Shown here: positions 1-10,371 of the stretch, piece after piece
Numbering within the stretch: position 1 is the stretch's first letter
How the letters are laid out: each line of letters begins with the position of its first letter
Assembly: GCA_965200245.1 (NCBI GenBank)
Contig: CBDATS010000004.1
Location: 704,001-768,000 of the forward strand
DNA: 64,000 nt
Direction: 5' to 3'
Origin: a bacterium
GTDB taxonomy: Bacteria > UBA8248
Notes under the pieces: model-generated
What the model was told of the DNA's origin: nothing
Database searches by the model: none
Seen by the model: only the letters and a program-made list of their open reading frames with translations
Made by a program: the position numbers and the translations under genes

Positions 1-370
1 CACGGGCATACCGTCTGAACCACCACTGGAAAAACACGTCAGACTTTCTCCGGCGATTTATAGTGCCACCCCTTGAGTGATTGGGCGCCAAAAAGCCCGT
101 TACGGACGGGTACGGTGGCTATTCCCGGATGGGGATGTACCGCACCGATCAGTGAACCATGCGGAATGCTGCGTTGCGGGCGATACGCACATCCACACGA
201 TCGAGGGGTTCCGGGCGCTGCTCAAGCGCGGGATGTTGGGCTCGTTCCATGGCGAGAGCCGGAAATATCTCCAGCACAATGTGGACGGGTTCTGCTGTCG
301 CTACGATCTGTGCGGAACGGACCTGGCTTATGTGTTCGGGTTTACGTGGCAGAAAAGTGTGGGCCTGTGA
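1..370 (+). pseudogene. IS1595-family (ISXO2-like) transposase remnant
   Basis: TDGYGGY-like segment, then HRSVNHA...HTIEGFRALLKRGMLGSFHGESRKYLQHNVDGFCCRYD, typical of the IS1595 C-terminal half; frameshifted. Confidence 0.8.
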
Positions 371-436
371 GGGGGCGTGGATGGAGCGCCATGATGCTGT
401 CCTGGGAAAGCAAGGTCCAGAATACCGGAATCTGGT

Positions 437-844
437 TTACTTGCTGCATGTCCTGAACTGATAAGGGCTGGTAACCGAAAACCTTGCCAGTGAACCAAGG
501 ATATCGATAATCTGATCTTTCTCAATGTGTCGTTCGGACATCTCTCTTTGCACATCTTCACGTTCAAGGGGTGGAATACGAACAGCAAAGAACGGCCACA
601 AATCTTCAGAACGATATTCGTCTTCAAGTGAAGGAAAAGCGGGTATCGGAGCAGAATTATAGTCGGCGTTGTAACGAAAGACAAATTCACTGTTCTCATG
701 AAACAGATGACCGACCAGGCATTCTCCACGCTCCTTTTCCAAGTATATTTCCAGGGCTTTTTGTTGTGGTGCCGACGCATCCGGTTTAATTTGACTCACG
801 CCCCATGATTGTGGATTCAGCATGTCCAGAAGTTTTTTCTTCAT
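437..844 (-). CDS. HipA N-terminal-domain-like protein (HipS-like)
   Basis: LVGHLFHENSEFVFRY...IPAFPSLEDEYRSEDLWPFFAVRIPPLERED matches the HipA_N/couple_hipA pattern; overlaps upstream kinase fragment (ATGA). Confidence 0.75.
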   Translation of the reverse strand: MKKKLLDMLNPQSWGVSQIKPDASAPQQKALEIYLEKERGECLVGHLFHENSEFVFRYNADYNSAPIPAFPSLEDEYRSEDLWPFFAVRIPPLEREDVQREMSERHIEKDQIIDILGSLARFSVTSPYQFRTCSK

Positions 845-1182
845 GCCTGAACCTCCTGTTTAAGACGTTTAATCCGGATATTCAAAAGGTCCCGAATGAA
901 TCGAATTCGGGTCTGTGTAATGATACGACGGAAGCGGCACTGTAGCATTTGTTCAATTGCTGGAATATCCACCGCATTGAAAACCTGTCGCATTGTACTA
1001 TTAAATGGAGCAGGGTAGTGGTTGGAAACCCATTTCACCAGTGAGAAATGATTGTCCGATTTGGTACCGTCAGTACTGATAGCAGGTTTCGAACGATTGG
1101 CGTAATTTGTGAGGAACTGAACACGTCCTTGCAGTTTCGATTTGGCGATCAAATCTGAATCGGAAATCTCGCGAAACATCCC
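841..1182 (-). pseudogene. 3' fragment of HipA/CtkA-like kinase, truncated by IS256
   Basis: GMFREISD...NY...SKPAI...NHFSLV resembles HipA-like kinase C-termini; frame cut at the IS256 end; coupled to HipA_N gene. Confidence 0.55.
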
Positions 1183-2421
1183 GAGTTACTGTCAAATCCG
1201 GTGTACGGCCGTCCCGAGTCCGGCGGCCTCCCTGCCCGTTTCGTTTTCCTTCACCCCATCGGTGAACCTCACGTCGGCGATCACGTCTGCCAGGCAGTGG
1301 AAGCCGTTCAGCCTGCGCCACCGCTTCTGCGCACTCATGGCGAGCCGGTGCACGGGACCGGGCGCCGTCCTCCCGCTCAGGCAGTTCCCCGTCTTCGCCG
1401 TACACAGCCGGATGGTGGCGAAGGTCGACTCGCGGGGATTCGTCGTCCGCAGATGCCTCCGGTGGGCTGCGGGGAAGTCGTGGAAGGCGGGCAGTTCCCC
1501 GCGGTCCCCCGCCAGGCATTCCGCAACCCTGGGATACTTCGCCTCCCGGGTGGCGGGGAAGCGTTCGAACGCCCCGTGCGCGTTCCGCCGGGTGTCGGAG
1601 CGCCATATCCCGTGCAGCATCGACTTCGCCTCCTCCTGCACGCGTCCGGGCATCCTGTCGGGCACGTTCGCCGTCCTGTGCACCCGGCAGCGCTGTCCCC
1701 GGGTCTCGGGATACACCTCGGCCAGGGCCGACCGGAACCCCGGCCCCCCGTCGCCCACCGCCGGCCCTGCCGCCTTCACACCCCGGTCCCTTGAACTCAG
1801 AAGAACAGCCTTCCAGCTCTCCCTCGACTCGCGGAACCCCGCCTCCAGGGCCAGGAAGTGCCTGCGACCACGCGTGTCGCAGCCCACTGCCACCAGGAGA
1901 CACCTTCTCTCCCCGCTGCGCACGTTCACGCAGATCCCGTCCCCTCCCCGGTCGCGCTCGCGCCACTGGGCGTACCCGCGTTCCCGGCCCTCCTTCAGCC
2001 GCGCAACCGTCGCCGGGGACAGGCCACGCGCCGACCCGAAGTCGTTCGTTGACACCCCCTTGCACCGGAACCAGGGAATCACCGCCTCCACACGCCCCGT
2101 CTTCTTCAGGCAGGGGGGCAGCAGCTCCGGGCGGAAGCACCGGCCCGCGGCGACCCCGGGCGTCGCGCGCGGCCTCGTGCTCCTCCGGGAAGTCCCGCAG
2201 TTCCGCCTCCACCGCCTGGCGGATGATGCGCTGCGCGCCCGCGCGCAACAGTTCACTCAGTTCGTCCCGAAAGGCTGGATTCACGAAGGGAACCGTCGTA
2301 TCTTCCTGCATGGTGGCGCATCTCCTCCTTGCTGAATGACCGGGCTTCCAACAAACCCGGTTCAGCAGGAATGCGCCGCCTTCTTCAATTCAGCCCCATA
2401 CACCAGATCCGACAGTAACTC
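1183..2421 (-). mobile_element. IS256-family element (degenerate)
   Basis: 23-bp terminal inverted repeats GAGTTACTGTCAAATCCGGTGTA (1183-1205) and GAGTTACTGTCGGATCTGGTGTA (2421-2399), 3 mismatches; no target-site duplication. Confidence 0.9.
1192..2311 (-). pseudogene. IS256 (Mutator) transposase, frameshifted
   Basis: DELSELLRAGAQRIIRQAVEAEL; GFRESRESW; AVGDGGPGF; QRCRVHRTANV; HLRTTNPRESTFATIR split over two frames. Confidence 0.9.
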
Positions 2422-2524
2422 GGTGAAGAATTCTGGGTTAATTAGTGCGGATTTAAAATCTTAGTGCGTCTCAATTTGATTGGTGAATAAACCCAGACGT
2501 GAAAGACAGATAGACTAGCGGCGA

Positions 2525-2644
2525 CAGCAATCATGGACGATATCTGAGGAAATACCGTGGGAAACGGAAGTCTGGTGTTCAGATGCACCCACTCATCTCA
2601 TTCACTTCGATGGCGAACGGTTTCTGGAGCCATATGAAAGATAG
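2525..2644 (+). pseudogene. C-terminal remnant of BsuBI/PstI-family restriction endonuclease
   Basis: Manual translation EIPWETEVWCSDAPTHLIHFDGERFLEPYER* matches the family C-terminal motif (IAWETEVWxxxxPxHxIHFNGERFLGPY). Confidence 0.75.
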
Positions 2645-2723
2645 TAACGATATGAAAGATGAACCCGAAGAATCGGACTCCATGCCGGCAAGAGTTTCAG
2701 ACGTATCTGAGGTTGGTTTATGA

Positions 2724-2852
2724 TTATAGCTTCTCAAGCACCTTTGCAGGCGCAGCGTTCGACTTATCCAACCCTTCCATGGTCTTGTCCATGCCTTCGA
2801 CTGCTTTCACAAGCACAGCCCCATATTCCAGATATGACAGCAACTCATCCAT
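2724..2852 (-). CDS. 42-aa small protein, paralog of 32811-33233
   Basis: Not in ORF track: AAGGAGAT RBS then MDELLSYLEYGAVLVKAVEGMDKTMEGLDKSNAAPAKVLEKL*; DNA-level similarity to 32811-32945. Confidence 0.6.
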   Translation of the reverse strand: MDELLSYLEYGAVLVKAVEGMDKTMEGLDKSNAAPAKVLEKL

Positions 2853-2858
2853 ATCTCC

Positions 2859-3326
2859 TTAAACCCATTCCATCTGTTGTATGTCAGGGGTTTCCGCGCC
2901 AGTCAGGAAACGGACAAAAAGTGCATTTCGATAACCATGCTCTTCTTTGAAGGCACGAAGTTTTGCCAAATCCCTGTCATTTGTTTCAGGATTTGTACTC
3001 TTTTTCACTTCAATAACCAGAAGATTCCTCCGTGTGTTCCTTTTGTGAATTATTATATCCGGTATAACATCCCTTTCTTCAACCGAATGTTCCGACGAAA
3101 TAGCGTACATGAGCCGTTTAACTTCATGTTGACTCCGATTGTATTCGCAATCAACATCCCACTCGGCAAATGATTTTTCTAACATAACCGCAAGACGGTG
3201 AGTTATGGCACGTTCAGCATTATCTTGAATTAATAGTATTGCTTCCTTGGCCAAGAATGAACTGACTATTTTCTCGACTTTTCCTTGAATATCTTCCAAA
3301 CCTCTATTTGGCATCAATGCTCCCAA
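2859..3326 (-). CDS. PD-(D/E)XK nuclease-like protein
   Basis: ERAITHRLA...VDCEYNR...PDIIIHKR...LLVIEVKK motif. Confidence 0.7.
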   Translation of the reverse strand: MGALMPNRGLEDIQGKVEKIVSSFLAKEAILLIQDNAERAITHRLAVMLEKSFAEWDVDCEYNRSQHEVKRLMYAISSEHSVEERDVIPDIIIHKRNTRRNLLVIEVKKSTNPETNDRDLAKLRAFKEEHGYRNALFVRFLTGAETPDIQQMEWV

Positions 3327-3364
3327 GAGTGTTTAAGGTTGAGGACTTGTCTGCAGTTTCTATT

Positions 3365-3808
3365 TCATCCGAAGAAGAGTTTAGACAATGCACGCTGGCT
3401 TATTTGCCAAAGTTCTACAGGAGGCCCTTCCCCCAAAAGTTCTTCTTCTATTAACAACTTGCATGTTGTTTCGCTTTCGTCCCACCCCATTTTCACCTTG
3501 AAATTTATTGCATCATTTCCGCGTTTCATACTTTTTACTTTAATGTACTCCTCTTCACCTGTTATAAGAGAAAAACGTATCCAATCAACATGTGAGATCC
3601 CCGTTTTGAGGATGGCCGCGGGGGAAATTTCTTTTTTAATGACCTCAAAGCTATCATCTCCGAGTGTGTTTACCTCAAAACTGGAAGATTTGCTATGATT
3701 CATGCTCTCTAAATCCCGTTTCACTTGCTCACAAAGTCTCTTCCAAACCTCATTTATGGAGCAATTCAGCCTTCTTTTAACCCAATCAACATTTTTATCA
3801 AAACTCAT
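3365..3808 (-). CDS. Hypothetical protein
   Basis: 147-aa ORF, co-oriented with neighbours, protein-like composition. Confidence 0.6.
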   Translation of the reverse strand: MSFDKNVDWVKRRLNCSINEVWKRLCEQVKRDLESMNHSKSSSFEVNTLGDDSFEVIKKEISPAAILKTGISHVDWIRFSLITGEEEYIKVKSMKRGNDAINFKVKMGWDESETTCKLLIEEELLGEGPPVELWQISQRALSKLFFG

Positions 3809-3919
3809 TTCCAGACCTCAATATGGAGTCTCATGGGTAATCGCACCCTTACAAGATATGGTAGTATATGCTCAGGAAAGAATCCTGTCCATATCATATA
3901 TTGTGGCTTGCTTAATCAA

Positions 3920-4200
3920 GTGGCAGCGACCCGTGTCCATCCCGATGCATGTATAGGGCCCAGTGTAGCGCGGGGTTTCGAGGGAGTCTCAATGAGCACA
4001 GAGGTGGTGTTGCAGTACTCGGCCCAGCCCTAAGGCAGGGCGCCTGCGGGCGATGACGAGGATATGGGATCAGAGGTTGGTGATATTGATCCATGGCAGT
4101 ATGAGGAACCTCGGGTTATCGACCACCAGGGGATGTTATTCTCGCGCAACTGCGGTGCCCATCCGATGAAGCGACCGCAAAGCGAAAGTGCGACAGCCTC
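3920..4200 (-). pseudogene. DUF4338 (DruA-like, IS-associated) fragment
   Basis: Across frameshifts: RFIGWAPQLRENNI..VVDNPRFLILPWINITNL..SHILVIARR..VLIET..ASGWTRV. Confidence 0.65.
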
Positions 4201-4282
4201 GACACCGGATTTGGTGAAGTGCAGCACAGTATTCCCCGTAAACGGTAGAGAAAGGAAATTGCGGGCCTAAACGTCCGGTAAA

Positions 4283-6025
4283 TTACTTATCGTCTGCAGA
4301 CTTGGCTTTCCCTGCAACCTCGGCGATGGCATTCAGCTTTTCGCCGATTTCGGGATCTATCTCGTCCTTGGGAATGTACTGGGCGAGTTCGTAATAGTCC
4401 TTCTTTTCCATAAGGTTGGGCAGCTTGAGTCTCTTGAAATACTCAGCGAACAATGGTTTCAGGAAATCATCGCTCGCCTTTATATCTCCGCTCCACGGTG
4501 ACCCTTTGTCCAAAGTCTCCAGCGCGCCGCTTACCATTGTGATAGCCTCGCGCATCGCGCTGCATCGTGCCTCTGCTTCAGATTCGGCAAAAAGCGGACC
4601 CGTCTCAGGCGCAGCGGCTTCCCCGGAAGCGCGCGCATAGTGTTCCAGGGTTGCCTGGGTGCACAGATAGTTTTCGATCTCCCGTTTTTTCCAGGTAAGG
4701 CATCTGAGGAACGGGTTATTCGGCGGGCTTTGCTCCAAGCGATCGAACAACACAATACCAGCGAGGTCAGGAAGAGCTTCACGGAGACCGAAGTAGTGAT
4801 CCTCAGCCTTTTTCGGCTGGTTGTCGACATACTGAACAAACGGTCTCTCAAGCGCCTTTACCGCCGTGCTTCCCAAACGTTCAGCCAAGGCTTGCAGAAT
4901 CGCCAAATCGGTCGATCCTTCAAGGTACAAAACCCATCCTGTCAGTTCCGCCTGATAGTAGTGGTCGTAACCAATAATCTTCAACGCCTTGAGCATTCGG
5001 CTGCCTTGACTGTCGATCCGGTTTGGTTTGCCGACAAAAGCGACAACCATGTCCTTGCCCGCGGCCTCATTCAAAAGGACCTCGGAATGGCTTGCTGCGA
5101 TAATCTGGTTGCCGTTCTCGCGTGCTGTCTTGATGAGCAAAGCATATATCTGCTGCTGGCGGAGAATCTCCAGATGTGCGTCCGGCTCGTCCAACAGGAT
5201 CACCGACTGCGGATTGGCGTACATGTAGACCAGGATCAAGAGAGTCTGTTGCAACCCGCGTCCGCTTGAAGAGATGTCAAGAACCAATCCTTGCTCCCTG
5301 TAGCCCATGGTGATTTCACCACGTTCTGGAACATAGCGGGGCATTTCGAGTTCGACGCCGAACAGTTGCTCAATCCGTTTCACCAACTCCTGCCACTTGT
5401 CTTCGCTTTCTTCCATGACGCGGAAACACAGATTACGCAGTACTTCGGCCGTTCGACCCTCACCCACCCGGACATTCACGGCACCCTTGTCAAGACGAGT
5501 CTCCGTTGCCGCGAGGCCGGACATGGGAGGAAGGAAGACAATGTCCACCGATCCCGCCTGTTCCGGAATTGGCATCCGTTCCGGGGACTTGCCTTCCCTG
5601 CACCGCAAGGGACGACAATAGAAAGATTCTTCGTTGGCGTAGTCGAATTCGAGGCCGCAGGTCCACACACTGTCCTCGGTAACCCCTTGCACGATGAGGT
5701 CGATGCGCACATTGTTCGTCTTTGTACGGCCTTCAACTTGTTGCACATCCCGCACATGAAGGTTGCGCCACAAATCTTTGGCACTCGGATGTGGGATGGC
5801 GAACATATCCTTGCGGTTAACTGTCACGCCGGAACGCCTTGCCGATGCGCCTTTCCCCTTGCGCTTCTCATTCCACCGTTTCACGCCGATATCCCACAGG
5901 GCCAGAGCCTGTATGGCGGATGTCTTGCCCGAGTTGTTCGGACCAATGAAGACGACCGGATTTCCCAGGTCGACCTCGACTTCTCCGAAGCGCTTGAAGT
6001 TGCGGATGGTGAGTTTGGTAAGCAT
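4283..6025 (-). CDS. OLD-like ABC ATPase-TOPRIM nuclease fusion
   Basis: Walker A GPNNSGKT, signature SGRG, Walker B LLDEPDAHL, H-loop ASHS, TOPRIM YLEGSTD...LFDR...KREIENY. Confidence 0.85.
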   Translation of the reverse strand: MLTKLTIRNFKRFGEVEVDLGNPVVFIGPNNSGKTSAIQALALWDIGVKRWNEKRKGKGASARRSGVTVNRKDMFAIPHPSAKDLWRNLHVRDVQQVEGRTKTNNVRIDLIVQGVTEDSVWTCGLEFDYANEESFYCRPLRCREGKSPERMPIPEQAGSVDIVFLPPMSGLAATETRLDKGAVNVRVGEGRTAEVLRNLCFRVMEESEDKWQELVKRIEQLFGVELEMPRYVPERGEITMGYREQGLVLDISSSGRGLQQTLLILVYMYANPQSVILLDEPDAHLEILRQQQIYALLIKTARENGNQIIAASHSEVLLNEAAGKDMVVAFVGKPNRIDSQGSRMLKALKIIGYDHYYQAELTGWVLYLEGSTDLAILQALAERLGSTAVKALERPFVQYVDNQPKKAEDHYFGLREALPDLAGIVLFDRLEQSPPNNPFLRCLTWKKREIENYLCTQATLEHYARASGEAAAPETGPLFAESEAEARCSAMREAITMVSGALETLDKGSPWSGDIKASDDFLKPLFAEYFKRLKLPNLMEKKDYYELAQYIPKDEIDPEIGEKLNAIAEVAGKAKSADDK

Positions 6026-6189
6026 TTGACGTCTCTCCGACGATTGGCGTCGAGATTGTTACCCGAAACCAGCCGACCGCGCGCTTTCCCTGCATGACTT
6101 ATCCACAGTCGACATAATCTGGCTATGACTTGCCGGGAGCAATCACCGGAACCATGAGCTCTTCCCGCTTTGCACATCGACAGGTTGTT

Positions 6190-6649
6190 TTTCTCGAAAA
6201 ACCAGTAATCAAATCGGAGTCACGATAGCCAGCTTTTGGGAGAATGCTCACCTGTTCCCGTGGATAAGCCTTGCACACGGCCCTCCAGTCACCGAAATAC
6301 CACGCCTCCAGTTCCTCGATCGCGAGGCAGTCGGACTATTTGCCAAGAATCATCGCGGGTCATTGCTCCGGTATGCAACCCCGAATCGGTCGCTATAGTT
6401 CTAGGTTGGGCCTTCAACTCCCGACATCGTTGCTATCCCGGTCAATCCCTGCGATTAGTCGATAGTCAGGGGCATCCAATTGGCGTAGCCGCATGGACAA
6501 TTCGATAACTTTCCTGTCAGGTCTTTCCTGTCGCGAAAAGAACGGATGCAAAACGTCGCTCTTTCGGGCAGCATACGTTTCAACATCGTTTGCAAGAACA
6601 CCTCCATCAAGCGTTCTTCGGTCGTTACTTCCAGATGTCTGGGCTTCAC
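6190..6649 (-). pseudogene. DUF4276 (TOPRIM-like) partner gene, frameshifted
   Basis: HLEVTTEERLMEVFL...GYANW.PDYRLIAGIDRDSND...LAIEELEAWYFGDWRAV over several frames; overlaps ATPase stop. Confidence 0.8.
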
Positions 6650-7890
6650 CCTTCGTCTCCGTCCGAGTCGGCTGCCGGGGCACCTCTGTCTGTCAATGGG
6701 TCACCCATACCAAATTGGCCCTCCATCCATAGTTCGCCGAGTTGTGCACCCGCCTCTACGAATTCGGGCACGCCGGTTATTTCGTCAGTACACCGCGTTT
6801 GCGTATAACCTTCCTCGTCACGCCATAAAATACGTACCTCTTTGGGTCGCAACGCATCGAGAAAAAACGGTGAATAGGTTGTGACGAGCAATTGCGCGCG
6901 CTCGCTTGCTTCGCGACACTCCTCGGCAAGTTCATACAGCAACCGAGGGTGAAAGAAGTTTTCCGGCCCATCAATTCCGATAAAGGGTGACGGATCCGGG
7001 TCGTGCAGAAGTACCAGATAAGCCAGCATTTTCAGCGTGCCGTCAGAGGCGAAACGGGCCATCACCGGATGACTGAAAGGGGCGTCCCTGATCTGCAGCA
7101 GCAGTCGGCCGTCCTGCATGGTGTTGGCCAGCACACGATCAATATGCGGGACATGTCTGCGTAAGGTAGAGAAAATGCGTTCGAGCCGTTCCGGATGCTG
7201 TTCGGCCAAGTACTGGATAACGTTGGCAAGGTTGTCGCCCGTTCTTGTGAGCCGTTCATGTGGCCCCGTTTCGGGTTGGCCACGGGCACTCTCTGCGGAA
7301 AGACAGGACAGATGCCATCCCATAATAAAATCCCGCAGAACTGCTACGCGTGGATGTTGCTGGAACTGTCCCAGGGCATTGACCGCTATCAGATCGGGTG
7401 ATTTGAGCGGGTTTTCGACTCTACCGTCTTTTGTATCCGGTACCTCGCCGGTGACAGCATTGCCCTGGCCACGTTGGTACTCAAGAAAATGAAACGGCTT
7501 TCCGCGGCTCCCTCGCCGCCAGTGCAGGGATTCATACATAACCACTGGTGCGCCTTCGAATTCATCAACTTCCAGTCGATAGGTAACCAGCGGGTTCCCT
7601 GGCTGTTCACGATACTTGATCTCGATGGTCACCGAGCCTTCCGCCCCTCTGGTCTTGAGTTCACGGCTCCGTCCACGCCTGCCCCAGGCCCGGCGCAGAC
7701 CGCCATCGAAACACTCTGCAAGAAACGCGAACACGTCGAACACCGTCGACTTGCCGCTGCCGGCAGGGCCGAGCAGCACTGTCATCGGTGTCAGGTTTTT
7801 GAATTCGACGTTTTTCAGCGCACGAAAATTCCCTATCTTCAAGTACTCGATTCGTGGCGGTGTGATACTCTGCGAAGTCACCCGGTTCAT
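6646..7890 (-). CDS. AAA_21/ABC ATPase (DUF4276-associated), degenerate motifs
   Basis: GPAGSGKS, SDGTLK, Walker B IGIDGPEN (expected IEEPEN), H-loop TTYSP (expected TTHSP), C-terminal LGELWMEG. Confidence 0.85.
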   Translation of the reverse strand: MNRVTSQSITPPRIEYLKIGNFRALKNVEFKNLTPMTVLLGPAGSGKSTVFDVFAFLAECFDGGLRRAWGRRGRSRELKTRGAEGSVTIEIKYREQPGNPLVTYRLEVDEFEGAPVVMYESLHWRRGSRGKPFHFLEYQRGQGNAVTGEVPDTKDGRVENPLKSPDLIAVNALGQFQQHPRVAVLRDFIMGWHLSCLSAESARGQPETGPHERLTRTGDNLANVIQYLAEQHPERLERIFSTLRRHVPHIDRVLANTMQDGRLLLQIRDAPFSHPVMARFASDGTLKMLAYLVLLHDPDPSPFIGIDGPENFFHPRLLYELAEECREASERAQLLVTTYSPFFLDALRPKEVRILWRDEEGYTQTRCTDEITGVPEFVEAGAQLGELWMEGQFGMGDPLTDRGAPAADSDGDEG

Positions 7891-8140
7891 TTCACTAATT
7901 CCACATTCTTCTCCGTATCCCTCACCCGCAGCTCCCCGGAACGGGTTCAGGGAGAAGCTGGCCGCGGGCCCGAGACAAAACCCGTGTTTCGCTTAAACTT
8001 ACAATCCTGCGTCTCAAAAGCGGGCTGACAAATTCTACAAAATATGGAGCGGCCTCTATTTCCTGACAACGATCAATCCTTTTTCCAGTAGTATCTCACT
8101 TTGAAATCCAGTCAAGGCCAAGGAATTGTTTTTGACAGAA

Positions 8141-8369
8141 ATGCAACAAACGCATATGGTTTTTATGGATAGGCTTCAAACTCTAACCCTCATCCCACCG
8201 TATGCGATAGCTGTTGGTGTGTGGTATGGAATTTACATAATGAACGTAACACAAAGCAGCTAGAGAAGATTCCAGCAGGAAACATAGGGAGTCCATGGAT
8301 GCCTCTAACAAAAAGCATGTGGAATCCATGCTTGCTTTCAAAACGCTGATTGAGCGAATTGGAGAGTGA
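8141..8369 (+). pseudogene. Frameshifted small TM + coiled-coil protein
   Basis: MQQTHMVFMDRLQTLTLIPPYAIAVGVWYGIYIMN then other frame KAAREDSSRKHRESMDASNKKHVESMLAFKTLIERIGE*; YGIY-x-M shared with 32811-33233. Confidence 0.45.
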
Positions 8370-8551
8370 TTATATGGCCAAAAGTTCATATGGAAAACGA
8401 GACCCGGCGAGGTAATGAAATATACAGGTATTAAAGGAAGTAATCGCATCGAAGATGCCAGTGGTGCGGTAATCAAACTCCAGAATTCTTATTCAGGCCA
8501 TACGATCAAAACGCTTTGGGAATGGTTGAGTGAACACGAGGATGATTTCTA

Positions 8552-9031
8552 ATGGCCGACAACGATTTGACAGGCTTGGAAGAGGAATCGTCATTCGAGC
8601 CAAAACAACATGAAGTGCCTAATCCAAAAGCCCAAGGGGCTTGGTCTCGGATTAAATTTGATTGGCCCACCATCGGTATCATAGCATTGATTATATTTAG
8701 TACTGCTGGATTTCTATGGAACTCTATCGAAAATGTAGACGATAATCTCGATCACCTTTCTCAAAGAGTAAACCAGATTGATGATAAATTTGATGCAAGG
8801 ATGGAAAGGTTGACAGAGGATATTAGCTTCATCAAGGGCCGTATCGCAGCTCGATTATCATCTCAATATGAAGAACCATCCGTGCCTGAAAAAAAGAAGC
8901 CCCGGGGCCGAACTGCTGAAAAGAAGATGCCTCTCTTGATACTGGATACCCCTGAGAATGTGGCTCGCGCCATCATGCAAGGACCGCAGAAAAAGGGTTG
9001 GGACCCCCTCAAGAAGGCTGCCAAGCAGTGA
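8552..9031 (+). CDS. Single-TM coiled-coil hypothetical protein
   Basis: TM WPTIGIIALIIFSTAGFLW, heptad region, basic C-terminal tail. Confidence 0.6.
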   Translation: MADNDLTGLEEESSFEPKQHEVPNPKAQGAWSRIKFDWPTIGIIALIIFSTAGFLWNSIENVDDNLDHLSQRVNQIDDKFDARMERLTEDISFIKGRIAARLSSQYEEPSVPEKKKPRGRTAEKKMPLLILDTPENVARAIMQGPQKKGWDPLKKAAKQ

Positions 9032-9894
9032 ATTGGGTAAGATTGTTCGGGAATTTGTCAAACTCCGCAAAACACTGAGCAGTTTCTATTTTCCAGGCAC
9101 AGTCGATCCTTTTTCCCTGCCAACTTCCATTTCCCGTTCAATTCTTCCTTGCTGGGCATGAGTTATCCCATTTCGATTTCCTATCGTCCTTTGACAATAT
9201 TTTTCCTCTGCCTGTAATTTACTGGTATCAACATCTCATCGACACGAAAACGAATTGATTGCGAATGCCGCATATCGCCTCGCGTCCGTGTCGGGAAACA
9301 TTCTTCTGGCCGTGATGATAGCGGCAGCAACGGTCCGTTATCCTGCTCGAACATGGCCAACCGACACAGTTCTTTCGCAATTCGACCCTGGTGATGCTTT
9401 GATTCAATCTGTCACGACCGGACAAGCGATTACCCTGCCGGCAAAGCGATGGAATGCGCTCCCCCGACAAAATCACACCAAGACCAGAAGAGCAAGTATA
9501 CCGCCCTGCACGAGGGACTGCCCAAGCAACAGGTTCACATCATCGGCATCGAACCGGCGCAACTTTGGTTTCCACTTCACAGTGTGTGTACGGAAGGATT
9601 GGTTGCGTTTCGGAAAAAGTCGACCCGGGGACTGATGAGCGCAACTACAATTGTCTCCAGTCCTGAATCGCCCGTAACCGATGGGAGAGAATGTGCGAAC
9701 GCTGCGAATAACCGAGTCGGAGGAAAAAAGACCAACGGCTTGTCCTTTCCCGCAAGCGAATACGGGAGAGCGTGTATGGATGGAAGGGGGTGGAGTCGCT
9801 TCTACGTGGTAACACCAATCTGCTCAATCTCCCGACGACGGTGGAATGCGTCTATTGGCAATTTCATCGTGTTCTGGAACTGATTGCGGCTGCG

Positions 9895-10371
9895 TCACTG
9901 GCCTTCAGGTGGCAGGACCCGGCCGTGGCCGATCGAGGCGCGTTTCGTCACCGGCGGTTCGACGGCATAGCCGTGGAGTGCGTACCAGAAGCGCGCGCCG
10001 GCCACGTTGCCCCAGAGCGAACGCAGCCGGGCGGGGTCAGCGTTCCACACGTCCGCGACCGTCGCCATTCCACCCCGTTTCAAACGCGCGTGCATGCCCT
10101 TCCCCACTCCGGGAAGCGCTTTCAGTTCAAGACCGAGCAGGGGGCCCGGCAGGTCGCCGGGATACAGCACCGTGAGGCCGTCCGGTTTGTCCATGCCTGC
10201 CGCTATCCTGGCGAGCCACCTGTTGGGCGCACAGCCGACCGAGCAGGTGATGCGCTCCCCCACGGCTGCACGCACGCGGCTCTTGATTCGTCCCGCGACC
10301 TCCCCGGGGCAGTCCCGCTTCCCCAGAATGGCGGCGAACTCGTCGACCGAGCAAACGAGGTCAGCCGGCAA
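9895..10371 (-). pseudogene. Y-family DNA polymerase (DinB/UmuC-like) internal fragment
   Basis: SVDE, ITCSVGCAPNRWLARIAAGMDKPDGL, LPGVG; lacks N- and C-termini, fused to helicase remnant. Confidence 0.85.

Noticed and set aside
3920-4200. Druantia defence system
   Set aside because: Only a short broken DUF4338 fragment with no DruE helicase; this domain is commonly IS-associated
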